A stretch of 64,000 nucleotides of DNA. Origin: Carcharhinus longimanus. Its lineage: Eukaryota. The DNA lies in contig JASCQW010000133.1 of NCBI GenBank assembly GCA_030264375.1, positions 31,637,554 through 31,701,553 of the forward strand, read 5' to 3'. A program made the position numbers and the translations under genes. Below the pieces are notes generated by a model. The model saw only the letters and a list, made by a program, of their open reading frames with translations. It searched no databases and was not told the origin of the DNA. This document shows, piece after piece, positions 39,711-51,559 of this stretch; position 1 is the first letter of the stretch, and every line of letters starts with the position of its first letter.

Positions 39711-40763
39711 TTTTACCTCCCAGATAATAAAACCAACAATAAACATGGTGTTAATCACATTTCGTTACAAGAATCAAATCTATTAACTTTAGCTTAAATA
39801 TCCCTTTTGCTGTGATATTTAAATCCCAAAATTGATCATTTTTGATCAGTAAAAAAAGGCCCAATATTTCGTAAAACAAATAAAGTACATCATGAGTAAT
39901 TGGATTCTGAATGAAAACAAAAATTGCTAGAAATGCATCGCTGGTCATTGAGCATATGAGGCACAGAGATGTATTAATACAGTGAAATTTCGATGTGTCA
40001 AACTCACATGAGGCAAAATTCCACTTGTGTCAATGTTATTCACCATTCCCACTGGAAGATTAGCAACAGCCATTGAATGATGCCTGTGATTAGCCAAAAT
40101 ACCAGTAGTTGAAATGGTTTAGCTGAAACTTTTCCAACAAGGAAAATAATTCCAAATCAAATTACAAAAGGGATGCTTCCCCACAACATGCCAGGCTGAC
40201 CAGAATGGAGTGTTTGGACCAAGCATGTTAAAATATGAAGTGCTGGACAAGCCTTCATTTCACATCAAAATTTCTCTCTGAAGTGACATGCAAGCATGTA
40301 AATGTGGCAAAACCTGCATGAAAGTTAAATGCCCACTTGCTCACCCACCTATTTCCCAGGAGAACCACAGCAAAGGTCTTACAGATGCTCTGGGATTTCA
40401 GACTGCAGCACCGAAACATTNNNNNNNNNNNNNNNNNNNNNNNNNNNNNNNNNNNNTACTGCACAAGTATGAAAATAGCACACGAAGCAATAAACAATAA
40501 CAGAGTTCTTCCAGTGCTAAATCCAATTCTTTTCCCAGGCTAAACCCCCAGCTTTTTTCAAGGATGACGTAGAACCATGTGAGATCTGCAGCTATCACAA
40601 GTTCTGTTTAACTTGAATTTTAGTGTTGAACCGTGTAATTTGACTCATCAAAAGTTTACTGTAGTTAGCTGATAAGGAGTTTCAATTGAAATCTCATCTT
40701 TCTTTCCATTTAAAATGCCAATCAAACTGATGTCTTCCACTTTCTGATATTTATTAACATTAT

Positions 40764-41040
40764 CAGGGGATTTTGCATAGTAACTTAATTGCTGTGTTAA
40801 TGTAAGCTTATTTCATAGAATCCTGCAGTGCCACCATACGACCAGGCCCTGTCCCCATAACACCATGCATTTACCTAGCCAGTCTCACTGACACTAAGGG
40901 GCAATTCAGCACGGCCAAATCACCTAACCCTCACACCTTTGGACTGTGGGAGGAAACCAGAGCACCTAGAGGAAATCCACGCAGACACGGGGAGAATGTG
41001 CATATTTCACAGCATACTTGTGACAAAAATAAACAAAAAC
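40764..41040. mobile_element. Nested SINEs: minus-strand HE1-like SINE (~40812-41010) inside a plus-strand type A tail
   Basis: Type A tail is split (...gtgttaatgtaagctta | tacttgtgacaaaaataaac) around the HE1-like body. Confidence 0.6.
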
Positions 41041-41987
41041 ATTTGCTGATTCTTTTCAATCACAGATGTCACAATAAAAGAAATTTCTTGGCTAGGAGTT
41101 GCAAACAGTACCACTGCCAGTCTCTGTTCAGAAATAAATTGAAATAAAGTCTACTCCCAGCTATATCTTTTAATCCCTTTGTTGGAAAAGCCAAGGGAAA
41201 AGAACAAAGGGATACATGGACAGTTAGGTTGTTAAACAAGAGAGGGCAAGGTTTGGACCATAAGGTACAAGTAACCTAGAGAGAAAGGCAAAACACCCAA
41301 CCTACAAAAGAGTAAGGGCACATGGTATAGCATTTTACCCCACATTTTTAAAATTTATCACGTGTATTAGTATACAGTGAAAAGTATTGTTTCTTGCTTG
41401 CTATACAGACAAAGCACATAATATATAGAGAAGCAAAGGAGAGGGTACGGAATGTGATGGTACAGTCATAGCTGGGGTGTAGAGAAAGAAAAAACTTAAA
41501 ATATAAAGGTAGCTCCATTCAAAAGTGTAATCGCAGCAGGGAAGAAGCTATTCTTGAATCGGTTTGTTCATGATGTCAGACTTTTATATCTTTTTCCAGA
41601 CTGAAGAAGAAAGAGAGAATGTCTGGGGTGTATGGGATAAGCTGTTGAACTGAAGCATTGTTACTGAACTTGAAAGAGTTAGAGTAGAGTTTTAAAACCA
41701 TAGGATGACATTAAAAGACAGAATTAGAAGGTATGCCGGGTACAGTTTGCAAGAAGTCACCATGCTCCTTTGCCATCTTGGAGTCAGAGAGATTCTGTTA
41801 AGTAAGTGCAATTTGTTATGACCGTTCCCTATAGGGTGGCGGGGCAGGCTCGAAGGGCCAGATGGCCTACTCCTGCTCCTATTTCTTATGTTCTTATGTT
41901 CACTTGTCAAGTGACACGTGGTTAAAGATTTCTAACTAGCCCTGTCCCACTAAATTTCATCCTGCTTTCAACAAGCTTGGACACAGA

Positions 41988-42545
41988 AAGATGTCTAACA
42001 ACACCAGGTTAAATTCCAATAGGTTTATTTGGAATCACAAACTTTCAGAGTGCTGTTCCTTCATCAGGTGGTCAACGAGATTGGAGATAGAGCGATGAAA
42101 TCAGGTTCAGTTCACGAGGGTCTCCAATGTTATGTCATTACGTTAGTATATATTGGGCATGACGACCTCACTCCTAACAATATATCATTTAGTAAGTCTC
42201 ACAACACCAGGTTAAATTTCAACAGGTTTGTTTGGAATCACAAGCTTTTGGAGTACTGCTCCTTCATCAGTTAAGATCAACAAGATTGGAGATATACATT
42301 TGAGAGAGAGTGATGGTATTAGGTTCAGCTCATGAGCGTTTTCAAGCTTATGTCATTACATTAGTATATATTGGAATGACGGCCTCACTCCTCACAATAA
42401 GACGTTAAGTAAGAAGTCTCATAACACCAGGGTTAAAGTCCAACAGGTTTGTTTGGAATCACGAGCTTTTGGAGCGCTGTTCCTTCCTCACCTGGTGTGT
42501 GAGACTTCTTACCGTGCTCACTCCTGACCATAAGACACTCAGTAC
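41988..42545 (-). repeat. ~2.5 diverged tandem ~210-bp units, each with a Penelope-type terminus and degenerate hammerhead motif
   Basis: acaccaggttaaa..ccaacaggtttgtttggaatcac.agcttt.ggag...ctccttcatcag recurs at ~42001, ~42204 and ~42424; spacers also similar. Confidence 0.85.
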
Positions 42546-42559
42546 ATTTACAGGGGTGG

Positions 42560-43026
42560 CCATCAGCACACGACATGTAAGGTCTCCGCCTGGGGTGGGG
42601 GGAAGCGGGACCCGTGCGGCTCCGACAACCACCCAGCAGAATCCACTGCGAGACTTACCGCACTCCCGCAGCCAGCCCCAGAGCGGCTGCTTTCTCTCCC
42701 CTGTTTCGAGTTAAATCGATTTGTTTTTTCTCCTCCCGGGACCCAGCGGTGCTAGGGCGCCATCTTGGGATGATGTGCCCGGCGCGAGTCTCCGCTGGTG
42801 GGAAACACGGAGCGCGCAACAAAGGTTCCGGCCCGGCATTGGGGACACTGGGAGGGGGGACGATAAACCCTGTGACACCGCGGTTCCTGCGAGCTGAGAG
42901 ATCACCGACACTGAGGAGGAGCCAGGCGCCAGGGAATGGAAAGGGAGGGGGGCATTTAGTCACAGGTTTAAAGTTTTGTCCTTACAGAGGTTACCTTGCT
43001 CCATATCTCCGAGTTTTATTCTACAG
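42560..43026. promoter_or_regulatory. CpG island / probable bidirectional TFIP11-SRRD promoter
   Basis: High CpG density; YY1-type CGCCATCTT at 42758-42766; lies between the divergent 5' ends. Confidence 0.8.
42659..42770 (-). other. TFIP11: Probable TFIP11 non-coding first exon
   Basis: Donor CG|GTAAGT at 42659/42658 within the CpG island; 5' limit inferred. Confidence 0.6.
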
Positions 43027-43224
43027 ATGAAAAGTGTGTGTGTTTGTGTTTTCTTTGCCTTTTTCACAACATCCAAACTGTGACCCATCAGCCCCACACT
43101 GCTGCTCCTGACCCTGGGCCAAGGCTCTCAGTACCAGCTCCCTAACACAGAGGATGCAGGATCCACCTGGCCTTTCTTCACCTTTTGATTGAGTGGCCAC
43201 AGAGAGAGAAAGAGGAATAAAGAG

Positions 43225-43382
43225 ATGTCTGCCTGTCCAGCAGGAGGGGAATGGAAAACCATCAGCAAGAAAAGGGGGATAAAGAAAGGGAGAGAAAACA
43301 TCAGAGGCATGCCCTGTCCTGAAGTGGAGTTTGTGAGCGTGGCTGAAGGGAAGAGAATCCAACAGAGAATACAGGAAACAGT
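43225..43382 (+). CDS. SRRD: SRRD (SRR1 domain-containing) first coding exon
   Basis: MSACPAGGEWKTISKKRG...RIQQRIQET; donor GT|gtaagt; phase joins the next exon; possible acceptor at 43026. Confidence 0.75.
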
Positions 43383-43505
43383 GTAAGTTGGCATGGATTT
43401 GGTCGTCAGAACTCACCGTCCAGTGCTGCCATGGAGTGTCTGGGGGATAATATGGATCTGGAATTTAACCTCTTCATTGTAGGGAATTAGCAACATGGTT
43501 CATTT

Positions 43506-43835
43506 TGGGTGGCACAGTGGTTAGCACTGTTGCCTCACAGCACCAGGGACCTGGGTTCCATTTCACCTTCGGGTCATTGGCTGTGTGGAGTTTGCACATT
43601 CTTCCCGTGTCTGCATGTTTCCTTCAGGTGTTCCAGTTTCCTCCCACAGTCCAAAGATGTGCAGGTGAAATAGATTGGCCATGGGAGATTGCTCCTTAGT
43701 GTGCCAAGATGTGTAGAGTTAGGAGGATTAGTGGGGTAATGGGGATAGGACCTGGGTGAGATGGTCTGTTGAAGAGTCTGTACAGTCATTGGGCCATATG
43801 GCTTCCTTCTGCACTGTAGAGAGTCTGTGATTCTA
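43506..43835 (+). mobile_element. HE1-like SINE, full length
   Basis: gggtggcacagtggttagcactgttgcctcacag head; gcactgtagagagtctgtgattctat tail. Confidence 0.85.
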
Positions 43836-44494
43836 TCTCAGTCTCTCATTACCACCATGACAGAGATAACATAGAAGGTAGGAGCAGGAAGAGGCCATCT
43901 GGCATAGGAAGTCAGCAATATCTGAGGATTGTAGGCATACACATAATATCAACTGATACTGGGCGACAATGAGCAGTGACAGAGCAGCAAAGTGCAAAAT
44001 TAATAAAATTTTAACTCTCAGAAATCACTGAAAATGGAAGGAAGTCAATCTGGTTTACTCATGTGGCCAGCCACCTACTGCATGTTGAACTGAACTTGTG
44101 TTGACATTTAAGGCTCACTTTTTACAGCCACTATGATCTGTGCATCAGCCAATTCATTTTTCCTAGTCAATAATAACTTCTTTGGTGGTAAAGGGAAGAA
44201 GAAAGATTTGTGTTTACCTTGGGATCTGATAAGATTATAAGATACAGGGACAAGAGAATATTGGTCTGGTGTGCAGTCCATCTGGCTTATTAAATTCACC
44301 TATGTGCTTTGATCGGTTTGTACCTTCTCTTGTCCAGTTCACATCTGTCTGTTCTGTGATGAATTGAATTCTGCTGTTTCATATTTGAATTCTTAGCATT
44401 GCCAGCATTGGCATCCAAATAAGTAATGTGTGGAAGAGACTAAATGGACCTTAAGTTCCAATTAGTTTCCTTTAATTTCCCATTCTTTTCAAAA

Positions 44495-44988
44495 GAATCA
44501 CAGAATTGTTACTGTGCAAAAGTAGGCCATTTGGCCCATCATGTCTGCATCAGCTCTCTATAAACGAGCATGATTTAGTGTTTCCCCATACCTCTGTACG
44601 TTGTTTCTATTCCAATAATCATCTAATGTTCCCTTGAATGAACCTGCATCTACCGCACTTGATAGCTGTGCATTCCAGACCGCAATCACTTGCTGTGTGA
44701 AAAAGTTTTTTCTCACATCACATTTATTTCTTTTGCAAATCACTTTAAATCTGTGCTTTCTTGTTCTTGAACCTTTACAAGCAGGAGTAGTTTCTCCCTT
44801 TCTGCTCTGTCCAGACCCCTCATGATTTTGAACACCTCCATGATTTTGCCGCACAAAAGGTTGCTTCAGAAGGTTAGGGGGCATGGAGTTGGAGGCAAGG
44901 TGTTAGCGTGAATAGAGGATTGGTTGTCTAATAGGAGGCAGAGAGTTGGTATCAATGGGTGCTATTCTGATTGGCGGTTGGTGACTAG
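44495..44988. mobile_element. CR1 fragments in opposite orientations (minus 44495-44845, plus 44840-44988)
   Basis: Minus RKNFFTQQVIAVWNA; plus WLSNRRQRVGING. Confidence 0.65.
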
Positions 44989-45624
44989 NNNNNNNNNNNN
45001 NNNNNNNNNNNNNNNNNNNNNNNNNNNNNNNNNNNNNNNNNNNNNNNNNNNNNNNNNNNNNNNNNNNNNNNNNNNNNNNNNNNNNNNNNNNNNNNNNNNN
45101 NNNNNNNNNNNNNNNNNNNNNNNNNNNNNNNNNNNNNNNNNNNNNNNNNNNNNNNNNNNNNNNNNNNNNNNNNNNNNNNNNNNNNNNNNNNNNNNNNNNN
45201 NNNNNNNNNNNNNNNNNNNNNNNNNNNNNNNNNNNNNNNNNNNNNNNNNNNNNNNNNNNNNNNNNNNNNNNNNNNNNNNNNNNNNNNNNNNNNNNNNNNN
45301 NNNNNNNNNNNNNNNNNNNNNNNNNNNNNNNNNNNNNNNNNNNNNNNNNNNNNNNNNNNNNNNNNNNNNNNNNNNNNNNNNNNNNNNNNNNNNNNNNNNN
45401 NNNNNNNNNNNNNNNNNNNNNNNNNNNNNNNNNNNNNNNNNNNNNNNNNNNNNCTTATTCACACTTGTAAATAAGTTAGAGCATTTTGATTCTTGCATCA
45501 ATACAGCAGACGCAGGGGATGAAGTCATAGCTTGGGTCCACTGGCTCTGTCTCTGTATATTTAACATGGACAAAACAGCCAAAGCTTCCTATGACTGGAA
45601 ACTGATCATTGAATTTTGTTACAG

Positions 45625-45665
45625 AGAGGAACTGCGGAATTCAGAATTCTGGACTGATTGCAATG
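45625..45665 (+). CDS. SRRD: SRRD coding exon
   Basis: EELRNSEFWTDCN; cag/gtgag boundaries; phases consistent. Confidence 0.85.
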
Positions 45666-45749
45666 GTGAGTTGGAAGATTTAAGTATTTGCAATTTATGG
45701 GTCTTTCAATCTGTTTTCCCTACATGGTTATTGTGACAATTTGTTTCAG

Positions 45750-45976
45750 AAACAATTCAAAGAGTTGTGAATATGTATCATACAGCTACGCTGGCATTTC
45801 CATCGATATCCTTCCCGAGTGGGGAAGCTCCAGAGTCCCTTGAATACAAAAAGGACAACAAAGACCATTGTCAAACTACGCTTGACGTAGTGTGTTATGG
45901 AATCGGAAACTTTTCCAGTTCTGTAACATCTCGCTATCAACTGGCCCTGCTGTTCCTGCTACTAGAGACACTACAG
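45750..45976 (+). CDS. SRRD: SRRD coding exon (SRR1 domain start)
   Basis: VVCYGIGNFSSSVTSRYQLALLFLLLETLQ; cag/gtaag boundaries. Confidence 0.94.
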
Positions 45977-46167
45977 GTAAGCATAGTCAGGTGCCAAGAT
46001 GGTAAATGCATGGGAGTAAAAGAGACCAATGAGTAATGTCAGCTTCCGTTATCCCTGAATGCTTAGGGGCCCCATTTTCTATTTGAGGAAAAAGGTTAAA
46101 ATTAGCTTGTTAAAAGTTTGTGATCTCATTCTTAACATCGGGATGAAACATGTTTTTATTTTTTTAA

Positions 46168-46513
46168 TTCATTCATGGGACATGCGTATCACTGGCTGGC
46201 CAGCATTTATTTTGTTGTCCTGGTTGCTCTTGATCAGAGAGTAGTTGAGAGTCAAAAACATTGCTGTGGCTCTGGAGTCACATGTAGGCCAAACCAGGTA
46301 AGAATGGCAGATTTCCTTCCCTAAAGGATAGTAATGAACCAGATGGGTTTTTCCAGCAAAGGTTTCATGGTCATCAGTAGATTCTTAATTCCAGATTCTT
46401 TTTCATTGAATTCAAATTCCACCATCTGCCGTGGCGGGATTTGAACCTGGTCCCCAGAACATTACCTGAGTTTCTGGATTTATAGTCTAGTGGTAATGTT
46501 ACTAGGCCATTGC
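46168..46513 (-). mobile_element. Second SINE family copy
   Basis: Matches 23668-24003. Confidence 0.7.
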
Positions 46514-47344
46514 CTAGTTGCTTTTCCATCTTTGACTCCAGTGGTGAATCTGCTTCTCCCATTACTTATTGCATTTTTCATCTGTCATTCTTTTATAGCC
46601 TAGTACTTCAAAAGGCTTGTGTGGAACCCAATCAATGCTATGCAGCCATGTTTAGCACATTAATGTTCTATTGCAGTGCTATAAATGGACATCTGCAGCT
46701 TGAATGGCTTGTTCAAGATGCAGATTGTCCATCTTGAACAGTCAATACAATATATTTAAAAAAGGCAAAAGTTCTACAACTGTGATTATTAATATGCGTA
46801 CAAATACTGTCTTGGAAATCATTGTTACAAAGCAAGCTCTGGGGGAATATCATTACAAGACCTTATTGGGACAGCTTAGGAGAGGCTTTACTTTGGATCT
46901 AACTGACATCCTGTATGACCAAGAAAAACTTCATGGCAATCACAAATAAAATAATTTTCATGGTTTTGTGCACAAGTCTTCCATATTTTTGCTGTATGAT
47001 GTTGTATTGGGCAGCAGGTGTAGGAACGCAGCTGGGAGAGACTTTCTAATCTTCATTTCCATTTCAGAGAATGCAGCTGGCCTTATTTGAACCACCTCTG
47101 TGATAGTCAAGGATCAGATCATTAATTCACTACACTCAGCAGGGAGCTGTGGATGGGTAGAAAGAGGCAGTGGCTTGTCTTATACCACTCTGCAGCATCC
47201 ACGCACAATTTGAACTGAAACAACCAGAAAAATCAACATTTTAATTTCACCAATAATCAGAGTGCTGCACTAAGTTTCCTGCCTTAGTATGTTGTGATTT
47301 TAATTTGTGAAAAATATTAAATTTTACATCATTGAGTCCAACAG

Positions 47345-47443
47345 ATCCCTCGAGCTGGCTGTCTTCTCTTTGATCCTCTATTTACAGAATGGGAGAAGAG
47401 ATTCTTGAAGGATTGTGGGATGGTGGTACTCAAGGACAATGAG
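47345..47443 (+). CDS. SRRD: SRRD coding exon
   Basis: IPRAGCLLFDPLFTEWEKRFLKDCGMVVLKDNE; cag/gtaa boundaries. Confidence 0.93.
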
Positions 47444-47692
47444 GTAAAATACTTGGTCACATGCATATTTTGTTTTACTTATTGTGTTCCAGGTAATCTG
47501 TCTGACAAAAATGAAGAATTTCTATCTGGTTTTAGCTTTCTAAACGACACCTTTTATTTCAATCCCTGATCAAAACACGTTTTTCTAATGGGGCCACATA
47601 ATTTCAGTAGCAAACCACACTTGGTGTGATCAGAAAGGTTTCTTTTTGCATCCCTTGATGTTATTGACAATTTTCTTTTTAAAAACTATCAG

Positions 47693-47844
47693 GAGGGAAA
47701 GCGGCCCATCAACAAACCAACGCTCTTCTACATGATTCATTGTGGCAAAGCCCTTTACAATAACCTCCTATGGAAAAACTGGTCATCAGAAAAGCTTGCA
47801 CAAACCATTCTCATTGGAAACAGTTTTAAAGGGATGGAGGAGAG
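47693..47844 (+). CDS. SRRD: SRRD coding exon
   Basis: [31 protein letters not shown]...[11 protein letters not shown]; cag/gtaag boundaries. Confidence 0.95.
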
Positions 47845-48352
47845 GTAAGAAAATTCTGTGCTTGTTAATCCTTCACAGTGAAAAAATGTCAGTGGGGGGA
47901 GCATGGGGGACAATAGGGAAATGGGAACAAATTATGCTCTGAGGGAGGGTTATGGATCAATAGTACTGTGAGAGGAAAGGGTTCCAGAATTGGGACTTCA
48001 AAATTATTGAGTAAGATTTCCTTTGTAAAAAAATTTTGGGATGATCTATTTTGAATTTTTAAAGAGGAATTGATAAATTTTATTCAGACAAGCTGTTCAC
48101 TATGATGAGGGATTGAGGTGCAAGGAATGAACTTGGTGTAAGAAGGGAAGTCAAGGGAAAAGTTCTCAACTGAATGGTAATAGAGCTGTGGAATAAGATA
48201 TCAGGGACAGCCATTGGCATGGATGTAACAAATAGATTTATAAGTCACCTAGATATATGTTTCTGAAGGTACTGAAAAAGGTGGTATGAAAGGAGATTTA
48301 AGAATATCAAAATAGTTAGGTTTAATGATTTTTAAAAAAAATTATATTACAG

Positions 48353-48398
48353 ATTACCAGCCCGAGTACTACAGAGAGACTACACATATATCAATCGT
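48353..48398 (+). CDS. SRRD: SRRD small coding exon
   Basis: LPARVLQRDYTYINR; followed by GTATCCTT donor. Confidence 0.88.
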
Positions 48399-48640
48399 GT
48401 ATCCTTCTCTGATTTCAGTCAATGATTCAAAGATTATTGCAATTGAAACTGGACTAGTAACAACCAACACCAATCATGGTTCCAAAGCTGTACCCCTCAA
48501 GAGTCCACACATTGAAGATTGCCTCCTATCTCTATTTTTAGTTTTCACATAGCTGCTCTGTTACAGGGGGCACCCACTGTTAGTCAAACACACAGTTTTT
48601 ACATTCCCAGTGGGAACATTACCAAAACTCCAACATTAGT

Positions 48641-48850
48641 GCACTCAAAGATGTTGTTAACGAACAAGTTCAGGATGCTGATGGCCTTGGAGGAGATGCC
48701 GGTGGCGGGGTGAACCTCTTCATCACTTTGTAGATGTAGATGGAGTAACTCTGCTTCCTGGACCTCTTCCTCTTCTTGCTGCCCTTTGGGGTTGTTTTCT
48801 TCACGATTTTCTTGGACCCTTTCTTGGGCACTCCTGCTGTTTTGTCTTCA
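48641..48850 (-). pseudogene. Histone H2B pseudogene fragment (N-terminal part)
   Basis: [38 protein letters not shown] / 1-nt deletion ~48717 / [25 protein letters not shown]; no ATG, no C-terminus. Confidence 0.9.
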
Positions 48851-49359
48851 CCTTGATAAAATGGTTGCTTTTCATAGTCAACTTGAACTGTGAGTTGTTA
48901 AATATTTGACTTTAGGGAGGACCCATCACAGCTCAATCTAATCCGGTTCTCATTTATTGTCCCTTTCAGCACGATTAATCAGGAGCAGGCACACAGACTA
49001 ATTTTTAATCTATGATAAAAATCCAGTCACAAATACCAAGAGCTTTGGAGCCAAACTGTAGCACTTCACTAGCACCGGTAGGGATGCTGTGAATTGATTC
49101 TATACAGAGCTGGGTCATGATGGGGGTAATTTGCCTTGAGCTGTTAACTTATGAGAATCAAACCTAAGAATTGTCAGGAGACACAACCCATTAACTCACT
49201 ATACACTGAAAAAGTATTTTCTTAAAACCTCCCTCCTCACTAGCTGAGAGGTTTTAAATTGATGATTCGCAATCAAAATTAGACATTTTGTTCTTTGCCC
49301 ATTATAAGCTGAAAAACAGTGACTCGCCATTTCTGCTCCAGTAGAAAATCTTCCAATAC

Positions 49360-49770
49360 GCACAGTGGTTAGCACCACTGCCTCAGCCCCATGGATCTGG
49401 GTTCAATCCCAGCCTTGGGTGACTGTGTGGAGTTTGCACATTTTCCCTCTGTCTGCATGGGTTTGCTGAGTGCTTGGTTTCCTCCTACAGTCCAAAGTTG
49501 TGCAGATTAGGTAAATTGGCTATGCTAAATCGACCCTAGTGTCGGGGGTTAGCAAGGCAAATGTGTGNNNNNNNNNNNNNNNNNNNNNNNNNNNNNNNNN
49601 NNNNNNNNNNNNNNNNNNNNNNNNNNNNNNNNNNNNNNNNNNNNNNNNNNNNNNNNNNNNNNNNNNNGGGTAAATGTTACAGGCTGGGGATGGGCCTGAG
49701 TAAAATGCTCTGTTGGAACGTTGGTACACATTCAATAGGCTGAATGATTTCCTGCACTGTAGGAGATTCA
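49360..49770 (+). mobile_element. HE1-like SINE with internal N gap
   Basis: gcacagtggttagcaccactgcctcag head; gcactgtaggagattc tail. Confidence 0.8.
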
Positions 49771-50980
49771 ATGCTAAGATTTTCTTTATGAATTATAGTT
49801 TCCCAGCCTGGGTAAAATGACTACAACTCACATCACACATCTAGATACTGGTGCAGGAGGTCTATTAGTGTACAAAACCTGCACATTGTTGCTACCTGTA
49901 GATTAAATTAGTGAATGTTACATTATTTGCTTTCAAACCGGACCATATGTCTCAGTACTGACTATCCATATGGGGACCAATCTTTCATTCTGTTTTGCTC
50001 TGGGAGATATCACTAGAATATTATATGTATTGTAACATGTGAACTAAAATGATGCAATATCACAATTGAATACACATATGTGACTAGACATTATAAAAAG
50101 AAACTTAAAAGGGTTGAATCCTAATTGTGGTGCACAGCAAGGAGTGATCTGCACCACAATCAACGTTGTGGTAACTGTGTGTTGAGAATGCCGTTCAGAG
50201 AGTCATCTGATGATGATCAGATGCAACTGGTGCCAATGCCCTTTACTTCAAGGCATTTTGTCATGGTTGGTTCTGAAATAAGATGTTAGTTACACAGAGC
50301 TTGTCTATGGTAGCAGCAAAGCCCAATTAGCCTCAGTGCTACCTTTCCCAAGCCCTGATGTCGGAGGCAGGATGACTGTGCCACGTGGTCTGTACCCACC
50401 CTTGTATAGAAATGCCCCAAATCGGTAAAAACATACTGACTTACGATCCTGCTGGTAGCGGTGTCAAGCTCTTCATAGAGCTGGTCTTTTGCCTCTGTGG
50501 CAAAAGTAGACTTGGGATATTGGAAGGATTTCCATACAGCAAAAATGGTGGTACACGTTTTTCCAAATGGAACTATGTCATTTATTTTGATGCGGGAAAA
50601 TCTTAGTGGTTACTCAGCTACTGTGGAGAAGGGTTAAAAAAAATGATTTGTTATGCAGAGCATTATGAAATTCTACTGTCAAGGTGAAGAGAAGTGCATC
50701 TTGTTATAACATAATTGGATGAATATTTGGAGCAGATGATGATCCACAACTATTGAGATGGAGATAGGCAGCAGAATTAGTTTTAGAATGCTCTGGGAAA
50801 GAGCCAGAACAACCAACCTCCTTCAGTGTCTCAAACCTTAGTGCTAGGTTGGACACTAAAAGGAAATGCATGCTATACACAGGACTTAAGGATATGTACT
50901 ATATGTATCTCAAAGCTTTTGAAGACAAAACCAAGACACTCTTGTCCTTCATATATTGATCCTTAACTTGTATTCATCAG

Positions 50981-51187
50981 ATATTGGCCTTAACTGAAGA
51001 GACAGCATTCCCCTGCAGTAGTAGATACACTGATGTATTTAATGACACATCCATCCACCAGTTTCCTACAAAAAAGCTTATTGCAAAGCCTTCAGAGTTC
51101 TGGGAAGGTGCTGCTGAACCCACATACCAAGAGTGTGAGGACTTGGAAATAATCCAGAAGGGCATTAAATGTTTTTCAGTTACATAG
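50981..51187 (+). CDS. SRRD: SRRD last coding exon
   Basis: ILALTEETAFPCSSRYTDVFNDTSIHQFP...EPTYQECEDLEIIQKGIKCFSVT*. Confidence 0.94.
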   Translation: MLALTEETAFPCSSRYTDVFNDTSIHQFPTKKLIAKPSEFWEGAAEPTYQECEDLEIIQKGIKCFSVT

Positions 51188-51559
51188 CTGGGAGGAAAAT
51201 AGGAGTGAAACCAGTTTCAAAGCTTGTTGAGGCAGAAATATCTGGCACAGAGGTTACCTATAAGAATCAGCAATTTCACCCCTTTGGGATGGGTTGAATC
51301 TGCAGTCCAAGTCCAGTTGCCTTGGTACAGAAATACTTTCAAGCAGGAGTTTTAACTGCCTGAACCTGTTGGTCACTAGGAATTAAAATCAAGTAGCTTT
51401 GTTTGGTTGAAGCAGGGCTACAACTGAGGTTCAGGAGCCTCATTTATATGCAAACCAGTGCAACATGAGCCCCCAATGGCAACCTATTGAAAGAAATGGG
51501 CTCTCCTGGAAGATAAGTTTTCTACTTAATTTGCCGCCCTTCTCATACTCTTCCCTTCA

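Larger units (their letters stand above)
48399..50980 (+). other. SRRD: U12-type (minor spliceosome) GT-AG intron of SRRD
   Basis: 5' splice site GTATCCTT (48399-48406); branch point TCCTTAAC (50960-50967); CAG ending 50980; no polypyrimidine tract. Confidence 0.9.

Noticed and set aside
42614-43030. 138-aa and 102-aa ORFs over the CpG island
   Set aside because: GC-rich promoter DNA lacks stops by composition; no recognisable homology.
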